DNA of 64,000 bases from Octopus sinensis (taxonomy: Eukaryota). Location of the stretch: the NCBI RefSeq assembly GCF_006345805.1, contig NC_043023.1, forward strand, positions 3,162,001 to 3,226,000. The letters are read 5' to 3'. The position numbers were made by a program, and so were the translations under genes. This document shows, piece after piece, positions 40,837-52,557 of this stretch (positions are counted from its first letter, which is position 1; each line of letters opens with the position of its first letter). The notes beneath the pieces were generated by a model. It was not told the DNA's origin and searched no databases. It saw nothing but the letters and a program-made list of their open reading frames with translations.

Positions 40837-42210
40837 CTGTAAAAATAGAAACAAATATTTTTGATTTTAAGATGATATTATTCAAAAAAACGTGAATAAA
40901 AGAACATTATATTTCACAGTAATCTGATTGCTAAAGGATTAAACCAGCCATATCTGTTTATGTTTGAACTAGCCACATCCAACCTCCCACACCTACCCTA
41001 CAATGTTATTCCAAAAATTCATCATTACATCAATGAAATCTCAAAGCTACGAAATAATCCATGATTAATTCAAACCAATGTGAATAAATAAGGATTAAAT
41101 TTCACTGAATTATCTGAATGCTAAAGGGTTAATGTTTTTGCTCTTGGAAATTAAAAGGGAAAATGTGCAATAGAGACCATCAAAAGAAATTAGACATCTT
41201 ATTACACTTAGACTAACGAGTTTTTATTTAATGAGATTTATGTTTATTGGGACATGATTTCATCAGACATGGGTGTACGCCTGATTAAACCATGTCACTT
41301 TCCACTTACACCCACCCCACTTATTTTAACCTCTCAGCACCTGGTATAAAGCCACCACCCTCACTGCTATGCTCTTCGGTTTGGGCTTTTTCCTTCCTCT
41401 TCCTTTGTCTTTATAGTTATTGGCGACCTCCTAATATTGGTGCCATGTAAAAAAGCCTCCAAGTAATCTGTAAAATGGTTGGCATTAAAACGGAGGAATG
41501 AATTCTGCATGAAACATCATCATCATCGTTTAACATCCGTTTTCCATGCTTGCATTGGTTGGACGGATCGACCGGGATCTGGGAAGCCAAGAGGCTGCAC
41601 CAGGCTCCAGTCTGATCTGGCAGTGTTTCTACAGCTGGATGCCCCTCCTAAACGCGAAACACACGTGACTGTAGTGGGTACTTTTTATGTTGCAGGGGAG
41701 GCTGGCAACGGCCACGATCGGTTGGTGGTTTGTTCATGCCACCGACATGGTAGCCAGTCAAGGCGGCGCTTACATCGTCTACGTACGGGTGGGTCTTTTT
41801 ACGCCCCACCTGCACAGGTGCCATAAGTGATGATGATAAACATCATAACAACAATCCTATTCAGAAAGACTGTCATAATCGCAGCTACATGGTAACCAAA
41901 TGAGTGGTGGTGCAATGAAGAAAAGCAGCCACTACATGTGATAAAGTGGTGGGTGTTTGGAAGGCCATGAAGCAATAGAAGCCTTGCCAATGCATGGAAT
42001 GGAGTTCACCACAATGCTCTGGTGTGTTGGATCCATAGCAAAATTGAATGTGTCAGTCCTATATGGACCCCCACAAACCATCATGACCCTGGTCTAAAAC
42101 CACTGTTTGCCATGTATTCCCTGATGTGCATTTTTGGCTCTTTAGCCTTTCTCAAAGGTTAAATTAAAAATTAAAAGAAATCAAAAATCAAAAGATTGGC
42201 TAAAAGTTAT

Positions 42211-42238
42211 ATATTATCACCATTTGTATTTGTCGATT
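42211..42238 (-). pseudogene. Disabled micro-exon copy (pseudo-exon)
   Basis: Acceptor and the first 28 nt (AATCGACAAATACAAATGGTGATAATAT) remain, but a deletion removes the exon 3' end, the GTAAG donor and adjacent intron (taaaagttat|atattatc junction versus sister units). Confidence 0.75.
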
Positions 42239-43416
42239 CTGTAAAAAATGGAAACAAAAATTTTTGATTTTAAGATGATATGATTCAAAATAATATGAAT
42301 AAAAGAACATTATATTTCACAGTAATCTGATTGCTGAAGGATTAAACCAGCCATATCTGTTTTACGTTTGAACTAGCCACATCCACCCTCTCACACCTAC
42401 CCTACAATGTTATTCCAAAGATTCATCATCACATCATTGAAAGCTCAAAGCTACGAGATAATCCATGATTAATTCAAACCAATGTGAATAAATAAGGATT
42501 ACATTTCACTGAATTATCTGAATGCTAAAGGGTTAATATTTTTGCCCTTGGAAATTAAAAGGGAAAATGTGCAATAGAGACCATCAAAAGAAATTAGACA
42601 TCTTAATACACATAGACAAACGAGTTTTAATTTAATGAGATGTATGTTTATTGGGACATGATTTCATCAGACATGGGTGTACGCCTGATTAAACCATGTC
42701 ACTTTCCACTTACACCCACCCCACTTATTTTAACCTCTCAGCACCTGGTATAAAGCCACCACCCTCACTGCTATGCTCTTCGGTCGGGGCTTTTTTCTTC
42801 CGCTTCCTTTTTCTTTATAGTTACTTGGCGACCTACTAGTGTTGGTGGCAAGTAAAAATGCCTCCAAGTACTCTGTAAAATGGTTGGCATTAAAATGTAG
42901 GAATGAATTCTGCATGAAACGTCATCATCATCGTTTAATATCCGTTTTCTATGCTAGCATGGGTTGGACGGATCAACCGGGGTCTGGGAAACCAGGAGGC
43001 TGCACCAGGGTCCATTCTGATCTCGCAGTGTCTCTACAGCTTGATGCCCTTCCTAAAGGGTGGTAAAGCGGTGGGTGTTTGGAAGGCCATGAAGCAATAG
43101 AAGCCTTGCCAATGCATGGAATGGAGTTCACCACAATGCTCTGGTGTGTTGGATCCATAGCAAAATTGAAGGTGTCAGTCCTATATGGACCCCCACAAAC
43201 CATCATGACCCTGGTCGAAAACCACTGTTTGCCATGTATTCCCTGATGTGCATTTTTGGCTCTTTAGCCTTTCTCAAAGGTTAAATTAAAAATTAAAAGA
43301 AATCAAAAATCAAAAGATTGGATAAAAGTTATGAGTTAAGGGAAAGAAATAAAAGACAGAAATAAAAAGGTAATGTCTAGTTTAAAAAGAGAGAAAAGGT
43401 TTGTTAATCCACTTAC

Positions 43417-43455
43417 CACTTTCGGTGATATTATCATCATTTGTATTTGTCGATT
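43417..43455 (-). CDS. Repeat micro-exon 4 (39 nt): (E)STNTNDDNITES
   Basis: tttttacag|AATCGACAAATACAAATGATGATAATATCACCGAAAGTG|gtaagtgg. Confidence 0.8.
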
Positions 43456-44906
43456 CTGTAAAAAATGGAAACAAAAATTTTTGATTTTCAGATGATATAA
43501 TTCAAAATAATATGAATAAAAGTACATTATATTTCACAGTAACCTGATTGCTGAAGGATTAATACAGCCGTATCTGTTTTATGTTTGAACTAGCCACATC
43601 CACCCTCTCACACCTACCCTACAATGTTATTCCAAAAATTCATCATCACATCTTTGAAATCTCAAAGCTACGAGATAATCCATGCTTAATTCAAACGAAT
43701 GTGAATAAATAAGGATTACATTTCACTGAATTATCTGAATGCTAAAGGGTCAGTATTTTTGCCCTTGGAAATTAAAAGGGAAAATGTGCAATAGAGACCA
43801 TCAAAAGAAATTAGACATCTTATTACACTTAGACTAACGAGTTTTAATTTAATGAGATTTATGTTTATTGGGACATGATTTCATGAGACATGTGTGTACG
43901 CCTGATTAAATATTGTCACTTTCCACTTACACCCACCCCACTTATTTTAACCTCTCAGCACCTGGTATAAAGCCACCAACCTCACTGCTATGCTCTTCGG
44001 TCGGGACTTTTTCCTTCCGCTTCATTTGTCTTTATAGTTATTGGCGACCTCGTAGTATTGGTGCCATGTAAAAAAGCCTCCAAGTACTCTGTAAAATGGT
44101 TGGCATTAAAAAGGAGGAATGAATTCTGCATGAAACATCATCATCATCGTTTAACATCCGTTTTCTATGCTTCCATTGGTTGGACGGATCGACCGGGATC
44201 TGGGAAGCCAGGAGGCTGCACCAGGCTCCAGTCTGATCTGGCAGTGTTTCTACAGCTGAGTGCCTTTCCTAAACGTGAAACACACGTGACTGTAGTGGGT
44301 ACTTTTTATGTGCCAGAGGAGGCTGGCAACGGCCACGATTGGTTGGTGGTTTTTTCATGCCACCGACATGGAAGCCAGTCAAGGCGGCGCTGGCATCAGC
44401 AACGTACGGATGGTGCTTTTTACGTGCAACCGGCACAGGTGCGATAAGTGATTATGACAAACATCATAACCACAATCCTATTCAGAAAGACTGTCATAAT
44501 CGCAGCTACATGGTAACCAAATAAGTGGTGGTGCAATGAAGAAAAGAAGCCACTGCATGAGGTAAAGTGATGGGTGTTAGGAAGGCCATGAAACAATAGA
44601 AGCCTTTCCAATACATGGAATGCAGTTCACCACAATGCTGTGGCTTGTTGGATCCATAGCAAACTTGAAGGTGTCAGTCCTATATGGACACCCAAAAACC
44701 ATCATGACCCCGGTCGAAAACCACTGCTGCAGTACATTCCCTGATGTGCATTTTTGGCTCTTTAGCCTTTCTCAAAGGTTAAATTAAAAATTTAAAGAGA
44801 TCGAAAATCAAAAGATTGGCCGAAAGTTATGAGTTAAGGGAAAGAAATGGAAGACAGAACTGAAAAGGTAATGTCTAGGAGAGAAAAGGTTTGTTAATCC
44901 ACTTAC

Positions 44907-44945
44907 CACTATCGGTGATATTTTCATCATTTTCATCTTCCAAAT
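44907..44945 (-). CDS. Repeat micro-exon 3 (39 nt): (D)LEDENDENITDS
   Basis: tttttacag|ATTTGGAAGATGAAAATGATGAAAATATCACCGATAGTG|gtaagtgg. Confidence 0.8.
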
Positions 44946-45390
44946 CTGTAAAAATAGAAACAAATTTTTTTGATTTTAAGATGATATTATTCAAAAAAAC
45001 GTGAATAAAAGAACATTATATTTCACAGTAATCTGATTGCTAAAGGATTAAACCAGCCATATCTGTTTATGTTTGAACTAGCCACATCCACCTGTCACAC
45101 CTACCCTACAATGTTATTCCAAAAATTCATCATCACATCAATGAAATCTCAAAGCTACGAAATAATCCATGATTAATTCAAACCAATGTGAATAAATAAG
45201 GATTAAATTTCACTGAATTATCTGAATGCTAAAGGGTTAATATTTTTGCCGTTGGAATTAAAAGGGAAAATGTGCAATAGAGACCATCAAAAGAAATTAG
45301 ACATCTTATTACACTTAGACTAACAAGTTTTAATTTAATGAGATTTATGTTTATTGGGACATGATTTCATCAGACATGGGTGTACGCCTG

Positions 45391-46988
45391 TGTAGCAATA
45401 TCGTCTCTCATTGCTATCTTCACTGTTTGAGAAGAGTATTAAGAATAACCTCGGTCGAGATTACAGACATCTTCGGCTAGTTCAACATTGTTGTAAACAC
45501 TAATTCGATTGGCTGACACGTTGGTCTCTACTACGTTCACACAGCTGGTTATCACTTGGCACGATTTGCCTCTGTTTATTTTCGCACCATAGTTCCAAGC
45601 AGCCAATCACAGCTTTCCATTTCTGAAATTCATTGGGAGCCATGTAAACCTTATAAAATAAGGTTTCGCAGACAAATATCCGTCTTAGGTTTCAAGTCCT
45701 TCTCAGGGCGAACCTCTGACCACACAGAGCATACTCGACCAAGTTCCAGTTCGAAAGACAGGCGACCACCATTAATACAAGATGTTACAGATACCTCTCA
45801 TACTGTTAGGGTGAAAATATCACCACGAAAGAACGGTTACAGGATATCTATAACTAGAGAAAAATAACTAAGCGACAGACATCGACAAACATCGCAGATT
45901 TAATTTGTACACAAGACAACTACAGATTCAGCTATAGCGGTTAGGTAAAATTCTCGCCACGGATAAAACGGCTACAGTTAACATATCTGGAAGTATGTTC
46001 ATATCAAGAGAAAGATAAACACAACGAGTGATTCAATTAATCTCAACTATGAGACGCAACATCTTGATATGGAACTCTTACGCTGTACCTTATAAACGGT
46101 AAATCAATTATCTGTTCTTGGGTTCTAGTTTCTTCTAAGAACTACCTTAAGCCATCTGTTATTACCTGTTGCCAGGCTGATACCAACAACATAAACTGTG
46201 AACCAAATTCCATCGTCATTTCACTGGTCAGTACCTTTTTACGCCTCATGAACACACAGACACAAAAACATGCTAACACTTACAAACTTCCAACATCAAG
46301 CATGATTGTAAAATATGTAAAATAAATAATTTATATATCTCAAAAAGAAATCTTGTTGTCATTCCACACTTATGTGTTTTGCCGCTGCATGTATTATATA
46401 GTCAGTAAATAAATTATTAAGAATGGGATCGCGTGCGACTGTGTCTCATACGATACGACTGTACATGATCCTTTTTTTATACTGGGTTTGGTTTTCGCTG
46501 CGTCTTCATCATATATTCTGCTTGGTTATTTTTCTCTAGTTATAGATATCCTGTAACCGTTCTTTCGTGGTGATATTATCACACTAACAGTATGAGAGGA
46601 ATCTGTAACATCTTGTATTAATGGTGGTTGCCTGCCTTTCGAAACTGGAACATGGTCGAGTATGCTCTCTGTGGTCAGAGGTTCGCCCTGAGAAGGACTT
46701 GAAACCTAAGACGGATATTTGTCTGCGAAACCTTATTTTATAAGGTTTACATGGCTCCCAATGAACTTCAGAAATGGAAAGCTGTGATTGGCTGCTTGGA
46801 ACTATGGCGCGAAAATAAATGGAGGCAAATCGCGCCAAGTGATAACCAGCGGTGCGAACGTAGTAGAGACCAACGTGTCAGCCAATCGAATTAGTGTTTA
46901 CAACAATGTTGAACTAGCCGAAGATGTTTGTAATCTCGACCAAGGTTATTCTTAATACTCTTCTCAAATGAGAGACGATATTGCTACA
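45391..46988. mobile_element. Non-autonomous long-TIR DNA transposon, Ginger-like
   Basis: TGTAG...CTACA termini; TIRs 45391-45873 and 46520-46988; 4-bp TSD CCTG (45387-45390 and 46989-46992) confirmed by the empty site gtacgcctgattaaa in sister units; no long internal ORF. Confidence 0.85.
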
Positions 46989-47996
46989 CCTGATTAAACC
47001 ATGTCACTTTCCACTTACACCCACCCCACTAATTTTAACCTCTCAGCACCTGGTATAAAGCCCTCACCCTCACTGCTGTGCTCATCGGTCGGGGCTTACT
47101 CCTTCCGCTTCCTTTGTATTTATAGTTACTTGGCGACCTACTAGGGTTCATGCCATGTAAAAAAGCCTCCGAGTAGTCTGTAAAATGTATGGTATTAAAA
47201 AGTAGGAATTAATTCTTCATGAAACATCATCATCATCGTTTAACATCCGTTTTCCATGCTAGCATGGGTTGGACGGATCGACCGGGGTCTGGGAAGCCAG
47301 GAGGCTGCACCAGGCTCCAGTCTGATCTCGCAGTGTTTCTACAGCTGGATGCCCTTCGTAAATGCCAACCACTCCGTGAGTATAGTGGATGCTTTTTATA
47401 TGCAAGGCGAGGCTGGCAACGGCCACGCTCGGTAAGTGGTTTTTACGTGCCACCGACATGGAAGCCAGTCAAGGTGGCACTGGCATCGGCCACGTACGGA
47501 TGGTTCTTTTTACGCGCCACCGGCACAGGTGCCATAACTGATGATGATAAACATCATAACAACAATCCTATTCCGAACGACTGTCATAATCGCAGCTACA
47601 TGGTAACCAAATAAGTGATGGTGCAATGAAGAAAAGCAGCCACTACATGTGGTAAAGTGGTGGGTGTTAGGAAGGCCATGAAGCAATAGAAGCCTTGCCG
47701 ATGCATGGAATGGAGTTCATCACAATGCTGTGGCTTGTTGGATCCATAGCAAAATTGAACGTGTCAATCCTATATAGACCCCCACAAACCCTCATGACGC
47801 TGGTCGAAAACCACTGTTGCAGTACATTCCCTGATGCGCCTTTTTGGCTCTTTAGCCTTTCTCAAATGTTAAATTAAAAATTTAAAGAAATCAAAAATCA
47901 AAAGATTGGCTAAAACTTATGAGTTAAGGGAAAGAAATAGAAGACAGAACTGAAAAGTTAATGTCTAGGAGAGAAAGGGTTTGTTAATCCACTTAC

Positions 47997-48035
47997 CACT
48001 TTCGGTGATAATTTCATCATTTTCATCTTCCAAAT
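47997..48035 (-). CDS. Repeat micro-exon 2 (39 nt): (H)LEDENDEIITES
   Basis: tttttacag|ATTTGGAAGATGAAAATGATGAAATTATCACCGAAAGTG|gtaagtgg. Confidence 0.8.
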
Positions 48036-49765
48036 CTGTAAAAATAGAAACAAATATTTTTGATTTTAAGATGATATTATTCAAAAAAACGTGAATAAAA
48101 GAACATCATATTTCACAGTAATCTGATCGCTAAAGGATTAAACCAGCCATATCTGTTTATGTTTGAACTAGCCACATCCAACCTCCCACACCTACCCTAC
48201 AATGTTATTCCAAAAATTCATCATCACATCAATGAAATCTCAAAGCTACGAAATAATCCATGCTTAATTCAAACGAATGTGAATAAATAAGGATTAAATT
48301 TCACTGAATAATCTGAATGCTAAAGGGTTAATGTTTTTGCTCTTGGAAATTAAAAGGGAAAATGTGCAATAGAGACCATCAAAAGAAATTAGACATCTTA
48401 TTACAGTTAGACTAACGAGTTTTAATTTAATGAGATTTATGTTTATTGGGACATGATTTCATCAGACATGGGTGTACGCCTGATTAAACCATGTCACTTT
48501 CCACTTACAAACACCCCACTTATTTTAACCTCTCAGCACCTGGTATAAAGCCACCACACTCACTGCTATGCTTTTCGGTTGGGGCTTTTTCCTTCCTCTT
48601 CCTTTGTCTTTATAGTTATTGGCGACCTACTAGTGTTGGTGCCATGTAAAAAAGCCTCCAAGTAATCTGTAAAATGGTTGGCATTAAAACGGAGGAATGA
48701 ATTCTGCATGAAACATCATCATCATCGTTTAACATCCGTTTTCCATGCTTGCATTGGTTGGACGGATCGACCGGGATCTGGGAAGCCAGGAGGCTGCACC
48801 AGGCTCCAGTCTGATCTGGCAGTGTTTCTACAGCTGGATGCCTTTCCTAAACGCGAAACACACGTGACTATAGTGGGTACTTTTTATGTTCCAGGGGAAG
48901 CTGGCAACGGCCACGATCGGTTGGTGGTTTGTTCATGCCACCGACATGGAAGCCAGTCAAGGCGATGCTGTCATCGGCAACGTACGGATGGTTCTTTTTA
49001 CGTGCCACCGGCACAGGTGCCATTACTGATTATGATAAACATCATAACAACAATCCTATTCAGAAAGACTGTCATAATCGCAGCTACATGGTAACCAAAT
49101 AAGTGATGGTGCAATGAAGAAAAGCAGCCGCTGCATGAGGTAAAGTGTTGGGTGTTAGGAAGGCCAGGGGAAGCTGGCAACGGCCATGATCGGTTGGTGG
49201 TTTGTTCATGCCACCGACATGGAAGCCAGTCAAGGCGATGCTGTCATCGGCAACGTACAGATGGTGCTTCTTACGTGCCACTGGCACAGGTGCCACAACT
49301 GATGATGATAAACATCATAACTACAATCCTATTCAGAATGACTGTCATGATAGCAGCTACATGGTAACCAAATGAGTGGTGGTGCAATGAAGAAAAGCAG
49401 CCGCTGCATGAGGTAAAGTGTTGGGTGTTAGGAAGGCCATGAAACAATAGAAGCCTTGCCAATGCATGGAATGCAGTTCACCACAATGCTGTGGCTTGTT
49501 GGATCCATAGCAAACTTGAAGGTGTCAGTCCTATATGGACCCCCAAAAACCATCATGACCCTGGTCGAAAACCACTGTTGCAGTACATTCCCTGATGTGC
49601 ATTTTTGGCTCTTTAGCCTTTCTCAAAGTTTAAATTAAAAATTAAAAGAAATCAAAAATCAAAAGATTGGATAAAAGTTATGAGTTAAGAGAAAGAAATA
49701 GAAGACAGAAATAAAAAGGTAATGTCTAGTTTAAAAAGAGAGAAAAGGTTTGTTAATCCACTTAC

Positions 49766-49804
49766 GACTTTGGGTGATATTATCATCATTTGTATTTGTC
49801 GATT
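49766..49804 (-). CDS. Repeat micro-exon 1 (39 nt): (Q)STNTNDDNITQS
   Basis: tttttacag|AATCGACAAATACAAATGATGATAATATCACCCAAAGTC|gtaagtgg; 39 nt, phase 1-1, no stop. Confidence 0.8.
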
Positions 49805-50924
49805 CTGTAAAAAATGGAAACAAAAATTTTTGATTTTAAGATGATATAATTCAAAATAATATGAATAAAAGAACATTATATTTCACAGTAACCTGATTGC
49901 TGAAGGATTAATACAGCCATATCTGTTTTATGTTTGAACTAGCCACATCCACCCTCTCACACCTACCCTTCAATGTCAGTCTAAAAATAAACAATCACAT
50001 CATCAAAATGTCAAAACTACAAGATAATGAATGATTAATTCAAAAACCAGGAGGGAGGAAGTAAGTAGCTCAATGTGGGTATGTTGACACAAGGAGGGGG
50101 TAAGAAGAGATAGCCAGATTAGGAAGATGGAGGTGGGGTGATCAGGGTATTGAAAGAAGTGGAAGTGGAAAATTGGGAGATGAGTGGGAGGTGTGAGAGG
50201 AAAAGTATTTTCAAGGGTAGTCATTGTTGGGTATGACAATAGATGTTAATAGTTAGGGATGGTGGCACTATAGAACTAAGGGATATTGGAAAGGTGGAAG
50301 ATGGGAGAGGCGAGTATTAAAAGGAGAGAAAAGGTCCAGTTACAGATGCTAGTTGTGTAGCAAAGGGGAAATCTTAAAAATGAAGATGGGTCAGTTGCAC
50401 ATCAAAGTACCGAGGTATGTAGACATGTATGAGTAAATAGATTACATAGATTTAACATAATAGGCAAACAAGGAATAGGTTCTGTGTTTACATGAGAGGA
50501 TTACATCTGAAAATTTATTAAATAAATAGGAGTTGTGGTTTTGAAAGATAGTGGATGATTCTCATACACAGTGCCAAGATTAGTGTTGTATGGGGTGGGT
50601 GGGTGTGAGAGCTCACTGTTAATTAACCATGGTAGAATATAGGGAATGTTTCGGGACCTGAGGTTCTGTATATAATTTGTTAATGAGGTAGATAATTTAT
50701 AAGTTGGATTGTGGTGGAAAATCAAAAATGTTCCAAAATTTTCTTCCATAAAATGCATCATTTTTAAAGCTCTGCTAAAAACAAAATTGGAAAAATCCCT
50801 GTCCAAACAAAGAAAATCCTCCTTATGTGAGAGACCAATTCCAGACCTCTGTGCACTTGAGTAAGTTTGCCTTAACAAAAATAAGTTATGGAAAAAATGA
50901 AATAAAATAAAAAATAAAACTTAC

Positions 50925-50982
50925 GGAAATATGTTATAGAGAAATGGAGGAGCACCTTTAATAAGTTCGAAATACCCATGAT
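50925..50982 (-). CDS. Putative first coding exon (ATG at 50979) encoding the signal-peptide-like MGISNLLKVLLHFSITYF; ends in phase 1
   Basis: Minus strand reads cttattttttcag|ATCATGGGTATT...ACATATTTCC|gtaagt: canonical acceptor and donor, ATG 3 nt into the exon, hydrophobic N-terminus, and a phase-1 end matching the micro-exons. A second frame is also open but ends in phase 2. Confidence 0.65.
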
Positions 50983-51798
50983 CTGAAAAAATAAGTTTCA
51001 AAAGCTGCAAAATAACAAAGCTTATAACCCAGGGTCCGCTGCTGGTCAGGCTGAGAAAAACAAACAGTCACAATATCATCAGTCACTCTTTAATAGATTT
51101 ATGGTCGAGACTCTGGCAGTGGAGATCTTATTCTTAACTATTTCAAATACTATATATTTCTTTATTGCCCACAAGGGGCTAAACACAGAGGGGACAAACG
51201 GATTAAGTTGATAACATCGACCCCAGTGCGTAAGTAACTGGTACTTAATTTATCGACCTGGAAAGGATGAAAGGCAAAGTCGACCTCAGCGGAATTTGAA
51301 CTCAGAACGTAGCAGCAGACGAAATACGGCTATGCATTTCGCCCAGCGTGCTAATGTTTCTGCCAGCTCACCCTACTTCTTTAACTGATGTATCCAGATG
51401 TGGTGAGAGGTCAGACGCAACACACATCCAAGCCTCAAATCTGATGTTGGTGCCAGAATACCAAGAAATGGACAAACTAACTATTAAGTAAACATATATT
51501 TCTACATAAAACTTGCCCTGTATTGAGTTTAATAAGTCTTCCTTAGCCGAAACTTAGCATGAAATTGTTGTGTGGAGAATGTCATTTTTAATATTTGGAG
51601 GAACATTGGGCAAACTGGGCAGATATTGTCGTACATATAAATTTTGTTTTTCTTTGGGAAATATTGGTAAAATTCTGCCAATAAAGACCATGTTGTGCAA
51701 TGAATATGATTTTGTAAAGTATTAAAGTCAGGTGTAATTTTTTTCATCCAATTTTGAATAGTCAGAATATGTGTCAGTATTTACATATTTATTTTGGG

Positions 51799-51894
<96 letters not shown>

Positions 51895-52334
51895 ATGAGT
51901 TTGCAGTAAGTTACAGATATTGATAATGTCTTGAATTTATGTTTTTAATGCTTAAAATAATGAATTGGTTTTCACATTTTGTTTGTTCTTTAATCTACGT
52001 CTATATGTTATTCTGTGAAAGGTATACAGTGTTTGTGGGATGTGCAAGACACAACAGCTAAATCTTCCTTATATCACACATCATTTCATTTGAAAATCAC
52101 ACATCCTTTCATTTCACCAAGAAAAAAAAAAAGAAAAAGTAAATTTTCAAAAATTCATAGTGATACCTATTTCAAGTGGTACACTCTAAATTAAAACAAG
52201 GCGGTGCCCCAGCATGGCCACAGCTCGTGAGCTGAAACTAGATGAAACGAAAAACAAATACACAGAAAGATAATATAACGATTTTTATTTAGGAAAAGTT
52301 TTGGAAAGAAATCTTTGTGGAATGGTGGGTTTTT

Positions 52335-52520
52335 GGTTGAGTGTGCACATTGGAGACCTCTGGCAACCTAGGGCCCTGGATCACATCCCTGCTCACAGCT
52401 ATCGGGCAGAAATGGCTACCCGCATGTGCAAGCCCTGTGGGTCAGAGTGACTGTTCCAGCGCATCTCCGTTGCCATCCTCCTGGGCAACTCCTTTTCTAT
52501 TTTGTCTGCTGGGACGTTGA
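52335..52520 (+). mobile_element. CRE-clade-like non-LTR C-terminal fragment
   Basis: LETSGNLG...LFQRISVAILLGNS resembles the ET.G..G / QRISLAIQRGN REL-region motifs; frameshifted. Confidence 0.6.
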
Positions 52521-52557
52521 GGTGGTCTGAATTACAACAGATTGTATGTTCCACTCC

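Larger units (their letters stand above)
34181..50045. repeat. Tandem array of ~10-11 units of ~1.45-1.5 kb (micro-exon + (GAT)n-tailed retroposon fragment + MITE fragment)
   Basis: Exon-to-exon spacings 1499, 1479, 1448, 1489, ~1400, ~1220, 1490, 3090 (includes the 1.6-kb insertion), 1769; shared blocks such as gagaccatcaaaagaaattag recur in nearly every unit. Confidence 0.97.

Noticed and set aside
45556-46838. Paired ORFs MARFAS(V/I)YFR... on both strands
   Set aside because: Mirror translations of the TIRs with non-ATG starts and no transposase motifs.
35567-49638. Recurrent ORFs in array units (MKHHHHRLTSVF..., MPMHGMEFTT...)
   Set aside because: They derive from retroposon fragments, are broken by different frameshifts and stops in different units, and lack conserved splice signals.
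34181-50045. CRISPR-like or rDNA/snRNA-type interpretation of the array
   Set aside because: Eukaryotic context, 1.5-kb units, mutually homologous variable segments bounded by splice sites, and no recognisable RNA gene.
50492-50506. 15-nt candidate exon (HVILS) that would extend the signal peptide
   Set aside because: Weak GTAAAC donor, and its terminal T joined to the next exon (AA...) forms TAA; viable only if that exon were skipped.
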